Assembly: GCA_964387705.1 (NCBI GenBank)
Contig: CAYLWT010000001.1
Location: 35,874 to 99,873, forward strand
Reading direction: 5' to 3'
Length of the DNA: 64,000 nt
Source: an uncultured Christensenella sp.
GTDB taxonomy: Bacteria > Bacillota > Clostridia > Christensenellales > UBA1242
Below the pieces are notes generated by a model. That model was not told where the DNA came from and searched no databases. It saw only the letters and a program-made list of their open reading frames with translations. Made by a program: the position numbers and the translations under genes. Below, piece after piece: positions 47,295-57,036 of the stretch (position 1 is its first letter; every line of letters starts with the position of its first letter).

Positions 47295-49865
47295 ATGAAA
47301 AAGCAAGATTATTCAAAACAATTTGATGAGTTGGTTGACAACACAAAATATGTAAAAGTTCACCTAAATGATGAAATGAAGAAGTCATTTATTTCTTATG
47401 CTATGGCAGTGAATGTCAGTCGTGCAATTCCAGACGTTCGTGATGGGCTTAAACCTGTTCATAGAAGAATACTTTATGATATGGGTGACCTTGGAATAAC
47501 CTATGAAAAAGGTTACAAAAAATGTGCCCGTATTGTCGGTGACGTTTTGGGCAAATTTCACCCACATGGCGACAGCAGTGTTTATGATGCACTTGTAAGG
47601 CTTGCACAAAATTTCTCCATAAACGAACCTTTAATTGATGGCCAGGGTAACTTTGGAAGCATAGATGGTGACCCTCCAGCGGCATATCGTTACACTGAGG
47701 CAAAGCTTTCCAAAATTTCAGGAGAAATGCTAAGGGATATTGACAAGGAAACTGTTGATTTTTATCCAAACTTTGACGGCACAATGCAACAACCAGCAGT
47801 TCTTCCAGCCCGTTTTCCAAATTTGCTTGTAAATGGTTCTGACGGCATCGCAGTTGGCATGGCAACATACATTCCTCCTCACAACTTGGGCGAGGTTATA
47901 GATGGTGTTGTAGCTCTCATAGAAAACCCTCAAATTGACATTGATGAACTTATCAAAATTATTCCAGCACCAGATTTCCCAACGAAAGGCATTTTACTTG
48001 GTAGAAATGGAGCAAAACAAGCTTACAAAACAGGTCGTGGCTCGATAATTTTGCGTGGTAGAGCAGAAATTGAAGAAGATAACAAACACAATCGCATTGT
48101 AATAACCGAGTTGCCTTATCAAACAAACAAGGCAAAGCTTATTGAGCAAATTGCCAACCTTGTAAAAGACAAGCGAATTGAAGGCATTGCAGATATCAAG
48201 GAAGAATCGGACAGAACAGGCATGCGAGTTGTTGTTGATGTTAAACGTGATGCAAATGCTCAAGTCGTTTTAAATCTTCTATACAAACACACTCCACTTC
48301 AAACAAGTTATGGAATAATTTTCCTTGCCCTTGTAAATGGTGAACCAAAAATACTTAACCTAAAAGAAATTTTATATTACTATCTTGAACATCAAAAAGA
48401 CGTCATTACACGAAGAACACGCTATGACCTTGAAAAAGCACAAGAACGCGCACATATTTTGGAAGGATTGGTTATTGCACTTGCAAATGTTGATGAAGTG
48501 GTTCAGATAATCAAAAAAAGTGATGACAAATATGACGCAAATGCGAAACTTTGTGAAAAATTTTTACTTACGGAAAAACAGGCCACAGCAATTCTTGAGA
48601 TGAGACTTCAAAGACTTACAAGTTTGGAAGTTAATAAAATTCGTGATGAATTGCAAGCACTTAAACTTCAAATTGGGGAATATAAATCAATTCTCGCAAG
48701 TGAACAAAAAATTCTTGACATTATCAAAAAAGAAATCCTTGAAATTAAAGATAAATATGCAAGACCTCGTCAAACAGAAATTGGTGTTGACTACAGCGAC
48801 TTAAACATTGAGGATTTCATTGATAGGCAAGATGTGGTCATTTCCCTCACCAATTCAGGCTATGTAAAACGTCAACCAGTGTCAGAATATCATGCTCAAA
48901 GACGTGGCGGTGTTGGTGTTTCAGGACACAAAACCAAAGAGGACGACTTTGTTACCAAAATGTTTGTCGCAAATTCACACGATGTTTTGTTGTTCTTCAC
49001 CAGTCAAGGTAGAGTTTTCTCGCAAAAAGCATATATGCTTCCAGAAGCCCAAAAGAACACAAAAGGCAGAGCAATGATAAACCTTTTGCAACTAAATCCT
49101 GATGAAAAAGTTACCGAAATTGTCCGTTTTGACCCAGAAGAAAAGGGTTCACTTATCATGGCAACCAAATTTGGAATTATAAAGAAAACTGATATGCAAG
49201 AGTTTGTTCATATAAACAAAAACGGCAAAAAAGCAATAACTCTTGATGATGGTGATACCCTAATTTCAGTGCAAGAGGCGCACGGTCTTGATGAGATTAT
49301 GCTGGCCTCGCACAATGGCAAATGCATCAGATATAGCGAAGGGAAAATTAGAAAACTTGGCAGAAATTCTCGTGGCGTAAAGAGCATGCGACTCTCTGAA
49401 GGTGATTATGTTGTTGATATGTGTGTGCTAAAAAGTGGCTATGACCTTCTCACAATCACTGAACGCGGTTTCGGGAAACGAACGAAAGTGGAAGATTATA
49501 GGCTTCAATCTCGTGGTGGTTTGGGCATAAAGGCAAGCGTTTTGAATGAAAAAACAGGCAAACTTGTTTGCTTAAAGCAGGTTGCCCCAGACCAAGACAT
49601 CATTTTGATGTCTGACACAGGCACAATTCTTCGTATGGAAGCAAGTTCTTTGAATATCATTGGAAGAAACTCTCAAGGTGTAAAAATTATGCGACTTAAG
49701 GACAAAAATTCAAAAATTGTTTGTGCCTCCGTTGCTATTCATCAAGAATCAGAAAATAATGATGAAAATGTGGAAGAACAAGAAATTTCGTCAGAAACTG
49801 CGGAAAATTCCACAGAAATGATTGCAGAAAATACAACAAATTCCCAAAATGAAAGCGAAGATTAA
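47295..49865 (+). CDS. gyrA: DNA gyrase subunit A
   Basis: [27 protein letters not shown]; active-site region [10 protein letters not shown]; beta-pinwheel C-terminal domain; acidic tail. Confidence 0.96.
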   Translation: MKKQDYSKQFDELVDNTKYVKVHLNDEMKKSFISYAMAVNVSRAIPDVRDGLKPVHRRILYDMGDLGITYEKGYKKCARIVGDVLGKFHPHGDSSVYDALVRLAQNFSINEPLIDGQGNFGSIDGDPPAAYRYTEAKLSKISGEMLRDIDKETVDFYPNFDGTMQQPAVLPARFPNLLVNGSDGIAVGMATYIPPHNLGEVIDGVVALIENPQIDIDELIKIIPAPDFPTKGILLGRNGAKQAYKTGRGSIILRGRAEIEEDNKHNRIVITELPYQTNKAKLIEQIANLVKDKRIEGIADIKEESDRTGMRVVVDVKRDANAQVVLNLLYKHTPLQTSYGIIFLALVNGEPKILNLKEILYYYLEHQKDVITRRTRYDLEKAQERAHILEGLVIALANVDEVVQIIKKSDDKYDANAKLCEKFLLTEKQATAILEMRLQRLTSLEVNKIRDELQALKLQIGEYKSILASEQKILDIIKKEILEIKDKYARPRQTEIGVDYSDLNIEDFIDRQDVVISLTNSGYVKRQPVSEYHAQRRGGVGVSGHKTKEDDFVTKMFVANSHDVLLFFTSQGRVFSQKAYMLPEAQKNTKGRAMINLLQLNPDEKVTEIVRFDPEEKGSLIMATKFGIIKKTDMQEFVHINKNGKKAITLDDGDTLISVQEAHGLDEIMLASHNGKCIRYSEGKIRKLGRNSRGVKSMRLSEGDYVVDMCVLKSGYDLLTITERGFGKRTKVEDYRLQSRGGLGIKASVLNEKTGKLVCLKQVAPDQDIILMSDTGTILRMEASSLNIIGRNSQGVKIMRLKDKNSKIVCASVAIHQESENNDENVEEQEISSETAENSTEMIAENTTNSQNESED

Positions 49866-49881
49866 CAACGCAAATTGAACA

Positions 49882-49909
49882 AAAGGAAGGCTTTAAGTCT
49901 TCCTTTTTT
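49882..49909 (+). terminator. Rho-independent terminator after gyrA
   Basis: AAAGGAAG-GCTTTAAGT-CTTCCTTT hairpin running into a T-run (TTTTTTG). Confidence 0.7.
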
Positions 49910-50044
49910 GCATATTATTTTTTCAAGAGAAATATATTTATATGGTTAGTTTTAATGCTCATTTAAAACACAAAAATGATATTTTTGCTAAATAATTTAG
50001 TAAAAAAGGAAATTTTACAAAAAATAAAATATTTTGGGGGAAAA

Positions 50045-50332
50045 ATGGAACAAAAAAACAAAGAAAATGAAAAAAAATTTCAAAATAGTGAGTTAACTTT
50101 GACAAATCGTGTAAAATTGACAATTTCAGGTGTGGAAAAGGTTTTTGAATCTAATCCACAAAAATTACAACTTCAAGTTGCGGGCGATATAGTGCAAATT
50201 TCTGGCAAAGACCTTAATGTTACAAGACTTGATACTGCAACGGGTGTTTTGGAACTTGGAGGAAATGTCGATTTTATCAAATATTCCAGCACGTTTGAAA
50301 AGGGTGGCTTGCTTAAAAGAATTTTTAAATGA
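50045..50332 (+). CDS. yabP: Sporulation protein YabP
   Basis: ATG 50045 (MEQKNKEN) after GGGGG. LTLTNRVKLTISGVEKVFESNPQKLQLQVAGDIVQISGKDLNVTRLDTATGVLELGGNVDFIKY...GGLLKRIFK matches the YabP pattern known from Bacillus subtilis. Confidence 0.8.
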   Translation: MEQKNKENEKKFQNSELTLTNRVKLTISGVEKVFESNPQKLQLQVAGDIVQISGKDLNVTRLDTATGVLELGGNVDFIKYSSTFEKGGLLKRIFK

Positions 50333-50814
50333 TACTTTTTTCAACCATTTCGCAAGGCTGGCAAGTGTGGTTTTTTTGCTATCTTGGGTTAATTTCTGGA
50401 TTGCTATTTTTTATCGTGATGTTTTGTGTCAATTTCTTGACAAAAAAGAGCAAACTTAAAATTATATCTCCAAAAAATTCCCAAAATTTTCATAATTCAT
50501 CAGAAATTTACACAGAAAAAACTCCAAAACAATTTTTTTGGAAAAAATTATGCACAATTTTTACGTTTTTGTGGAAATTTTTTATTAATTTTGCGACAGA
50601 AATATTAGCAATTTTTGTTTTATGTGGTGTTGTTATGGCAAGTTTGCTCATAAATCTTCATTTCAACTATGGATTGCTTCCGCCAATATGTGTTTTGTTT
50701 TGGATATCGTCGTTTTTGCTTGCAAAATTCTTTCTCAAAACGCTTGCCAAGATTTTTTTGTCAATTTATAATAAATATATAAAATCAAAAGAGATGAATT
50801 CGTCAATCAGTTGA
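50329..50814 (+). CDS. yabQ: Probable spore cortex protein YabQ (membrane protein)
   Basis: Polytopic hydrophobic protein overlapping the yabP stop by 4 nt, as in the yabP-yabQ-divIC arrangement. Assigned mostly by context. Confidence 0.55.
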   Translation: MILFSTISQGWQVWFFCYLGLISGLLFFIVMFCVNFLTKKSKLKIISPKNSQNFHNSSEIYTEKTPKQFFWKKLCTIFTFLWKFFINFATEILAIFVLCGVVMASLLINLHFNYGLLPPICVLFWISSFLLAKFFLKTLAKIFLSIYNKYIKSKEMNSSIS

Positions 50815-50875
50815 TATTTTGTTTAAAAGAGTATAAAAATTGACAACTTTTTGAGAAATAAAATCGGAGGTAAAA

Positions 50876-51067
50876 ATGGACAAAGAGAAAAAAACGAAAC
50901 TCTTTCTTACTATGATAATAACAATCATAGCATTGCTTATTGTGGGGATAGTTTATCAATTTGTCTGCATAAAACAAATGCAACGAGAAATAGAGTCTCT
51001 CAAAACCACCACTCAAATTACAGCCGAATATAAGGAAAATTTGAACCAATTTTTTGTAAAAATTTAA
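50876..51067 (+). CDS. Short DivIC/FtsB-like septum formation initiator (bitopic, coiled coil)
   Basis: 63 aa: basic N-terminus, one TM helix (LFLTMIITIIALLIVGIVYQFV), then a heptad-like region QMQREIESLKTT. GGAGG RBS. Position after yabQ. Confidence 0.5.
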   Translation: MDKEKKTKLFLTMIITIIALLIVGIVYQFVCIKQMQREIESLKTTTQITAEYKENLNQFFVKI

Positions 51068-51186
51068 ACAAAATAAGAAAAATTTTGATAAAAAACTTAT
51101 TTTTCACTTAGAAATCGACAAAAAGTTGATTTTGTATTGTTATTTGGACAAAATTCAAAAATTTTCAGAATATTTTGCTTAAAAAA

Positions 51187-51215
51187 TTGACAAATAGTTG
51201 GAATATATTTATAAT
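51187..51215 (+). promoter_or_regulatory. Perfect-consensus SigA promoter
   Basis: TTGACA (51187-51192)-N17-TATAAT (51210-51215), 35 nt upstream of ATG 51250. Confidence 0.65.
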
Positions 51216-51249
51216 ATAGACGTATATTTATATAAAAGGGGAGATAAAT

Positions 51250-51471
51250 ATGGCAAAGAAATCAGATTATTTTGGGTTGGGATACATTGTAAGCATTATC
51301 CTTGCAATCATTCCTGTCACATCATGGATTTGCGGAGCAGTCACAAGATTTATGGAAGGCAAAATTGTTGCTGGCATAATCAGACTTGTGTTTGGTTTCA
51401 CAATTGTTTGGATTCTTGACCTCATTTTCATGATCATGAACAAACACATTTGCAGAATTATCAACTTGTAA
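51250..51471 (+). CDS. Small two-TM membrane protein (unknown function)
   Basis: 73 aa; GGGGAG RBS; two hydrophobic helices; followed by a strong terminator. Confidence 0.6.
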   Translation: MAKKSDYFGLGYIVSIILAIIPVTSWICGAVTRFMEGKIVAGIIRLVFGFTIVWILDLIFMIMNKHICRIINL

Positions 51472-51476
51472 TCTTG

Positions 51477-51514
51477 CAAAAAAGAACCTCCAATTTGGAG
51501 GTTCTTTTATTTTA
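51477..51514. terminator. Bidirectional rho-independent terminator
   Basis: AGAACCTCCA-ATT-TGGAGGTTCT perfect 10-bp hairpin (51483-51505), flanked by an A-run on the left and a T-run on the right. Serves the convergent genes 51250..51471(+) and 51535..52752(-). Confidence 0.85.
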
Positions 51515-51534
51515 AGATAAACGACAACTTGATA

Positions 51535-52752
51535 TTAATACATCTTGTTGTTGTGCAAATAGTCGACCATCATTTTGCGGGTGTATTCCTCGCATGTAGG
51601 GATGAAATAGGCCCCTGATGCCATAAGTCCGCCAATCACAAAAAATACAGGCAAAATGGTTGCAGAGCAAACTGCTGCAACACCATAAATAAATATTTGT
51701 GATGTCCGTGACGCTTGCATTCGAATAAGAAGTGCTGCGTTGCTTTTTCCCAAAATTTTGCACCTTGTAACCATTCTAGAATAGCAAAACAAACTGATTG
51801 TTGACAAGAAAAATCCCATAATTGCAAACAAAACAATGACCAGCCAAATCCATTGAACAACAAATGGCACAATCACGCACCCAGCACCCACAATAATGCT
51901 ACACACACAAACATATTTTGTTAAATCTTTTTTCTCGTCCCATTTCCCAGATAAATAAATTCCAATTGCCAACGCTATTGAACAAGCAATTTGAATATAT
52001 GATGAATAACTATAACTTTCTGCCGACACTTTGAAAAGATAAACGCTGAAAATCATTTGCATTGCATCAAATGCGCAAAACAAAAAGTAAACAAAAAAAT
52101 ATGTCGCCAAAACTTTTTTTGATATGACATCATATTGGTGTTTTTTTATGCGAATATTTTCAAAGCCTTCAACTGCATTTGAAATGCTTTCCATATTAAA
52201 TCCAGAGTTGTTTTTGTTTTTGAGATAGTAAATATAAAGTGGAATTACAGAAATAAGATATGTTATGCATGCCACAACAACAACAATCCATTTTTCCAAA
52301 TTATCCAGCAACAAACCGCCTACGAAAAAAGCAATAATTTTGCCTAAATATTCAAAAAATCTTGTTAATCCTGTTGAACTTGAATCTCCATCACAACTGT
52401 AGTTGTAAACATAGTCAAGTGGTGTTTCCTTGAAACTATCTGATATTGCCTGAAAGATAAGAACAAGAAAAATTCCTAAGATTTTAAGATTTGTGTCAAG
52501 TAGCAAAATTGAAAGTGAATAAAGTAAAAATGGAATAATAGTCAAAAGCAAAAAAAGTTGTGGTTTGCGTTGCATACTTTTATTGAATATTTGATTACAC
52601 AAAACTTTAAGCGTTTGAAAACCAATCATATATACAAAAGCCCATGCAAAACTTTGTGTGCTTTGATAAATAATAAGTGCAATAAATGCGCCCACAATAC
52701 TTGACGCAAAAAGCGATAAAACCTTGTGGAAATTGAGTAATTTTAACTGCAT
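51535..52752 (-). CDS. Polytopic membrane transporter, MFS-like
   Basis: 405 aa with roughly 12 predicted hydrophobic helices. No diagnostic motif confirmed by eye. Confidence 0.55.
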   Translation of the reverse strand: MQLKLLNFHKVLSLFASSIVGAFIALIIYQSTQSFAWAFVYMIGFQTLKVLCNQIFNKSMQRKPQLFLLLTIIPFLLYSLSILLLDTNLKILGIFLVLIFQAISDSFKETPLDYVYNYSCDGDSSSTGLTRFFEYLGKIIAFFVGGLLLDNLEKWIVVVVACITYLISVIPLYIYYLKNKNNSGFNMESISNAVEGFENIRIKKHQYDVISKKVLATYFFVYFLFCAFDAMQMIFSVYLFKVSAESYSYSSYIQIACSIALAIGIYLSGKWDEKKDLTKYVCVCSIIVGAGCVIVPFVVQWIWLVIVLFAIMGFFLSTISLFCYSRMVTRCKILGKSNAALLIRMQASRTSQIFIYGVAAVCSATILPVFFVIGGLMASGAYFIPTCEEYTRKMMVDYLHNNKMY

Positions 52753-52830
52753 TTTTCCCTCACAACAAGTATTTTACTAAATTTTAAAATTTTTATCAAA
52801 TATTATCTCAAAGTTTTTTTGTTTTTATAT

Positions 52831-52858
52831 TTGAAAACGATATAGATTGTGCTATAAT
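52831..52858 (+). promoter_or_regulatory. Putative extended -10 promoter of queH, with the -10 element 6 nt from the ATG
   Basis: TTGAAA-N16 (ending in TGC)-TATAAT (52853-52858), then AAAACT, then ATG 52865. No RBS. Confidence 0.45.
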
Positions 52859-52864
52859 AAAACT

Positions 52865-53428
52865 ATGAAAAAGAAAATGTTACTTCACAGTTGTTGTGGG
52901 CCATGCTCAACAGCCGTTATAGACCGTCTGAAAGAGGATTTTGACCTTACAATATTTTACTATAATCCAAATATCTATCCAAAATCGGAATATAAAAAAC
53001 GTCTTTTTGAACAACAAAAATATGTTAAAGAGGCAGGGCTGAACATTGTTGTGATTGATGGAACATACGAGGATAACCTTGATTTTGAAAACCATTGCAT
53101 AGGGCTTGAAAACGAAAAAGAAGGTGGAGCGCGTTGTACCATGTGTTTTGCCTATCGACTTGACAAAACCGCACAATATGCAAAGATGCACAATTTTGAC
53201 ATTTTTGCCACAACGCTAACTGTCAGTCCGCATAAAAATGCTAAACTTATAAACGAAATTGGCACAAGACTTTCGCAAAAATACGATATAAATTATCTTG
53301 TTGCTGATTTTAAGAAACAAGACGGCTATTTAAAAAGCATTCGACTATCAAAAGCATTTTCTTTGTATCGCCAAAATTATTGTGGGTGCAAATTCTCACA
53401 ACACAAAAAAGATGATAATATAAATTGA
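52865..53428 (+). CDS. queH: Epoxyqueuosine reductase QueH (DUF208 family)
   Basis: MKKKMLLHSCCGPCS...FYYNPNIYPKSEYKKR...GARCTMCFAYRL...YRQNYCGCKFS: the Cys pattern is typical of QueH. The listed TTG start at 52847 is rejected. Confidence 0.85.
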   Translation: MKKKMLLHSCCGPCSTAVIDRLKEDFDLTIFYYNPNIYPKSEYKKRLFEQQKYVKEAGLNIVVIDGTYEDNLDFENHCIGLENEKEGGARCTMCFAYRLDKTAQYAKMHNFDIFATTLTVSPHKNAKLINEIGTRLSQKYDINYLVADFKKQDGYLKSIRLSKAFSLYRQNYCGCKFSQHKKDDNIN

Positions 53429-53441
53429 TTTTTTGATAAAG

Positions 53442-54230
53442 TTAATGAATTTGAGTGGTTTTAATTTGTTCATAGCACTTTTCAAGTATTTTTTTAAATT
53501 CGTCTGGAAGTTTTGATAATGCTTTTTGTTTCAACTCGTTGCTTATCCCAAACATTGCTTCAGCCATACCGCCGACAATACAGGCATTTGTGTCTGTGTC
53601 TCCGCCGAAAGATATGGCTTTTTTTATACTTTCTTCGAACGAGTTAGAATTAAACAGGGAATATAAACAAACGTCTATGGTGTCAATACAGCTGTAATTA
53701 AATTTGGTGATATTTGGAGCTTTTATTTCTAAATTTAACTTTGATATAATATCTTTTTTTGATAAACCCCTTCTCGCATAGAAGATAATTAAAGCAACTT
53801 TTGTGGCACAGTCTATGGATTCTTTTGTGTTGTGCGAAGGGGAGGTTGCCAAATATACGTTTTCAATAATTTCACTTTCATTATTGAAAAGAAAACCCAC
53901 TGGAGATATTCTCATCATAGCTCCATTGCCTATGCTTGTACCTTGCCCATTTCCTTTTGCCCAAGATGTAAAACTAGGGGAAAACATCGTTTTGAAATAT
54001 GGAATATCCCTTGGTATGGCATTTTCATATTTTATAGCATACCTTTTTAGCATCTCTCCATAATCTTTTTTGTTTATAATAGCGTCTGCGATTGCAATTG
54101 TAAGGATTGTGTCATCACTGTAAAAAGAATCTTTTTCTATAATATTTTTTATTGTAATTTTTTTAACTTTATTAAATTGTTCAAATTCGTATATAGAACC
54201 GGCAAGATCACCAATAATTGCACCTAACAT
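53442..54230 (-). CDS. ADP-ribosylglycohydrolase family protein
   Basis: MLGAIIGDLAGSIYEF...SDDTILT...GNGAMMRISPVG...GGDTDTNACIVGGMAEAMFG are DraG/ARH-type motifs. Confidence 0.8.
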   Translation of the reverse strand: MLGAIIGDLAGSIYEFEQFNKVKKITIKNIIEKDSFYSDDTILTIAIADAIINKKDYGEMLKRYAIKYENAIPRDIPYFKTMFSPSFTSWAKGNGQGTSIGNGAMMRISPVGFLFNNESEIIENVYLATSPSHNTKESIDCATKVALIIFYARRGLSKKDIISKLNLEIKAPNITKFNYSCIDTIDVCLYSLFNSNSFEESIKKAISFGGDTDTNACIVGGMAEAMFGISNELKQKALSKLPDEFKKILEKCYEQIKTTQIH

Positions 54231-54365
54231 AATTATTACCTCAATACTATTCTAACATTTTACATATAAAATTCAAAAAAAATTGATAGAGTAAATGAAT
54301 GTTGTTAAAAATTTTTGAACAAAAAATAACACGAACTCCTTAAAAAGTTCGTGTTAAATATGAAT

Positions 54366-54441
54366 TGGTGGGCAATAAGAGACTCGAACTCCTGACTTCC
54401 ACTACGTCAAAGTGACACTCTACCAACTGAGTTAATTGCCC
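54366..54441 (-). tRNA. tRNA-Val (anticodon GAC), CCA encoded
   Basis: Minus strand: GGGCAAUUAACUCAGUUGGUAGAGUGUCACUUUGACGUAGUGGAAGUCAGGAGUUCGAGUCUCUUAUUGCCCACCA. It folds as a 76-nt cloverleaf: 7-bp acceptor stem, D arm ACUC/GAGU, anticodon stem UCACU/AGUGG with loop UUGACGU, T loop UUCGAGU. Confidence 0.92.
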
Positions 54442-54495
54442 AAAAAGAGGGGTTCGCAAGTGAAGAGTAAAAGATAAAACCTCACTTGCGGGAAT

Positions 54496-54524
54496 ATTAT
54501 TGCACAGTTTGACAAATAAATCAA
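54496..54524 (-). promoter_or_regulatory. Putative promoter of tRNA-Val
   Basis: Minus strand: TTGATT-N17 (ending in TGC)-AATAAT, about 55 nt upstream of the mature tRNA 5' end. Confidence 0.35.
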
Positions 54525-54687
54525 GTGTTTTTCAAAAACTTTTTTGTTAAATTTCGAATGGCAATCATTGCAAATTTATCTCTTATATCTAAATGCTATA
54601 GTCGAGGACAAAAACCTAATTTTGTTGTTCATATTTTTTTTGTAAAGGTTGGTGTGGTGTTGCTTTTATAAATTTAATGAGATGAGG

Positions 54688-56100
54688 TTATTCAACTACG
54701 CAAATATTGATGCTGTTTGTTGGGGTGGCAGTGTCGCTTGGCACACCAAATGTCATAACAATAATATCACCAGACTTTGCAAGTTTAAGCTCTTTTACAA
54801 CTCTTGAAGCATAAGAAGTCAATTCTTCTAAGCTTTGTTTAATTTCGGCAACCAACGGCACAACGCCCCAACATAAAGCAAGACTGTTTCGAGTCCAAGA
54901 GTCATGCGTTATGGCAATAATTGGTGCTTCTGGCCTAAACCTGGACACAGCACAAGCGGTTTTCCCACAATCTGTCCAACACACGATGGCTTTTGCATGC
55001 ACGCTTTTTGCAGTTTCACAAGCGGAATGAGCAATTACGTCAAGTGGAGTTTTTTCGCCAGTTAGTTCTGGGTTGAAATCTTTGTCATAATTCACTTGTT
55101 TTTCGGTGGCAAGGGCAATTTTGCTCATGGTGGTGGCACTTTCGACAGGATAAATTCCACTGGCAGTTTCGCCTGAAAGCATTGTTGCTCCTGTTTTGTC
55201 ATAAATTGCTTGCGACACATCAGTGGTTTCTGCTCTGGTTGGGCGTCTGCGATGAGTCATAGATTCAAGCATTTCCGTTGCAACAATAACTTTTTTGCCT
55301 TTCAAAATAGACTTTTCAATCATCTTTTTTTGAACTGCAGGAATATGTTCAATAGGAATTTCTGTCCCCATATCTCCTCTTGCAACCATAATTCCATCGC
55401 TTACATCAATAATTTTGTCAAGATTGCTTATTCCCTCGGCACTTTCAATTTTGGAAATTATTTGTTGTTTCCCACCAAGGGAACGGATAAATTCTTGCAT
55501 TTCAAGGACATCAGTTGGTGAATTTACAAATGAAGCAGAAATATATTCAACATTATTTTTTACGGCAAAGCGAATATTTTCTTCATCTTTTTTGCTGATA
55601 AAAGGCAAAGGAAGTCTTACGTGTGGAATGGATATACTTTTGTGATTTGAAAGCACGCCTCCCACGTTCACAGTGCAAACAATGTTTATCCCATCAACTT
55701 TTTTCACAGTAAATTCAAGCAAACCATTATTGGCATAGATTTTTTGTTTTGGTTTCAAGATTTCCAAAAGTTCTGGATATGGACAAGACACATATTTGTC
55801 TGTTCCGATTGTGTGGTCAGTGCAGAAAGTGAACAAATCTCCTTTATTTAACGATACTTTGCCATCTTCAAATTCTCCAATCCGAATCTCTGGTCCACAA
55901 GTGTCGACCATAATTGCACAAGGGATATTAAGCTCATTTCGAGCCTTTATAACCTTATCCAAAGTTTCTTGATGACTGGACAAGTCGCCGTGGCTCATAT
56001 TAAGTCTTGCCACATTCATGCCTGCTCGCAAAAGCTTGACAATTATTGCATAGTCGTTGCTGGCAGGGCCCAATGTGCAAACCATTTTTGTTTTTTTCAT
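54688..56100 (-). CDS. pyk: Pyruvate kinase
   Basis: MKKTKMVCTLGPASN...ARLNMSHGD...MVARGDMGTEIP...ATEMLESM are canonical PK motifs. 470 aa. Confidence 0.95.
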   Translation of the reverse strand: MKKTKMVCTLGPASNDYAIIVKLLRAGMNVARLNMSHGDLSSHQETLDKVIKARNELNIPCAIMVDTCGPEIRIGEFEDGKVSLNKGDLFTFCTDHTIGTDKYVSCPYPELLEILKPKQKIYANNGLLEFTVKKVDGINIVCTVNVGGVLSNHKSISIPHVRLPLPFISKKDEENIRFAVKNNVEYISASFVNSPTDVLEMQEFIRSLGGKQQIISKIESAEGISNLDKIIDVSDGIMVARGDMGTEIPIEHIPAVQKKMIEKSILKGKKVIVATEMLESMTHRRRPTRAETTDVSQAIYDKTGATMLSGETASGIYPVESATTMSKIALATEKQVNYDKDFNPELTGEKTPLDVIAHSACETAKSVHAKAIVCWTDCGKTACAVSRFRPEAPIIAITHDSWTRNSLALCWGVVPLVAEIKQSLEELTSYASRVVKELKLAKSGDIIVMTFGVPSDTATPTNSINICVVE

Positions 56101-56375
56101 ACTATTCTCCTACATATTTTTACAATTCCTAAGCATTGCTACGCTCAAAATTATACGCCACTTTCTAACTTTTATCTACTAATTTTAACTAATTTTTTCA
56201 AATTCTCTTTTTTTCGAGTAATATTTTTATTTGGCTATGCACAAAATATTGATGAAAACTGTTCGTTACTTAAAATGTCTTTTTACAAATACCAATTATT
56301 CAGTCGGGTTGGTTTTAAATGGTAAAAATTTTTCAAAAAAAATTACAAAAAACCAATCATTCTTGTTAAAAATGC

Positions 56376-56404
56376 TAGACAAATAGGGACTTTTAGGTTA
56401 TAAT
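56376..56404 (+). promoter_or_regulatory. Putative promoter of the TetR / P-type ATPase operon, bracketed by a 10-bp direct repeat
   Basis: TAGACA-N17-TATAAT. TTCTTGTTAA occurs at 56360-56369 and 56406-56415, upstream of the -35 and just after the -10. Confidence 0.45.
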
Positions 56405-56440
56405 TTTCTTGTTAACGACCGAAAATTCGAGAGGTAAATT

Positions 56441-57028
56441 ATGAAAAAAGAAATGATATACGAAGAAGTTCTTGCAATGCTCAACGACCGAGTGGACTAC
56501 AAGTCCATAACTTTGTCCGAAGTGGCAAAACGTTGCAACATGGGCAAAAGCACAATTTATGAATATTTTTCAAGCAAAGATGAGATGGTTTTCAATAGTA
56601 TCATTTATTATCTTAATAAAATGGTAAAATTTTTTTCCAACAGTTTCAAGGTAACCACATTTAGGACAAGTTTGAGGACTTTTATAAAGGCTGTCATAAT
56701 TACTATGAAAGCGAACTATTGGATGGTTATGCCTTGGACATTTATTGACAATTATGCTCCTTTCCTAAATGAAAGCGATGCCGACACAATCACGGAAATG
56801 CTTTACAAAAGCAAGGAGGTAGTTTTCTCTTTGTTTACCCAAATTTGTGAAAAAGGTGAGGAAGAGGGAACTTTGTTTAAAATTGATGACACAAGAATGA
56901 ATTTTGCTTTTTGCGGAATCATTGGAAGTTTAAGTGAGGAAATTGATAGCAACTATGACCTTGAAAGTGAAGAAAGCAAATTGTTTGTGGAGGACCTTTG
57001 TTCTTGCGTGTCAAAACAACTTAATTAG
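56441..57028 (+). CDS. TetR/AcrR-family transcriptional regulator
   Basis: N-terminal HTH: ITLSEVAKRCNMGKSTIYEYFSSKDEMV. 195 aa. GAGAGG RBS. Confidence 0.85.
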   Translation: MKKEMIYEEVLAMLNDRVDYKSITLSEVAKRCNMGKSTIYEYFSSKDEMVFNSIIYYLNKMVKFFSNSFKVTTFRTSLRTFIKAVIITMKANYWMVMPWTFIDNYAPFLNESDADTITEMLYKSKEVVFSLFTQICEKGEEEGTLFKIDDTRMNFAFCGIIGSLSEEIDSNYDLESEESKLFVEDLCSCVSKQLN

Positions 57029-57036
57029 AGGCTTAT

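Noticed and set aside
54453-54490. 11-bp hairpin (CGCAAGTGAAG / CCTCACTTGCG, one mismatch) followed by CTTTTTG, directly upstream of tRNA-Val; considered as the pyk terminator
   Set aside because: It lies downstream of the best candidate tRNA promoter (54496-54524). The T-run is short and separated from the stem. It is more likely part of the pre-tRNA 5' leader and is not reported as a terminator.
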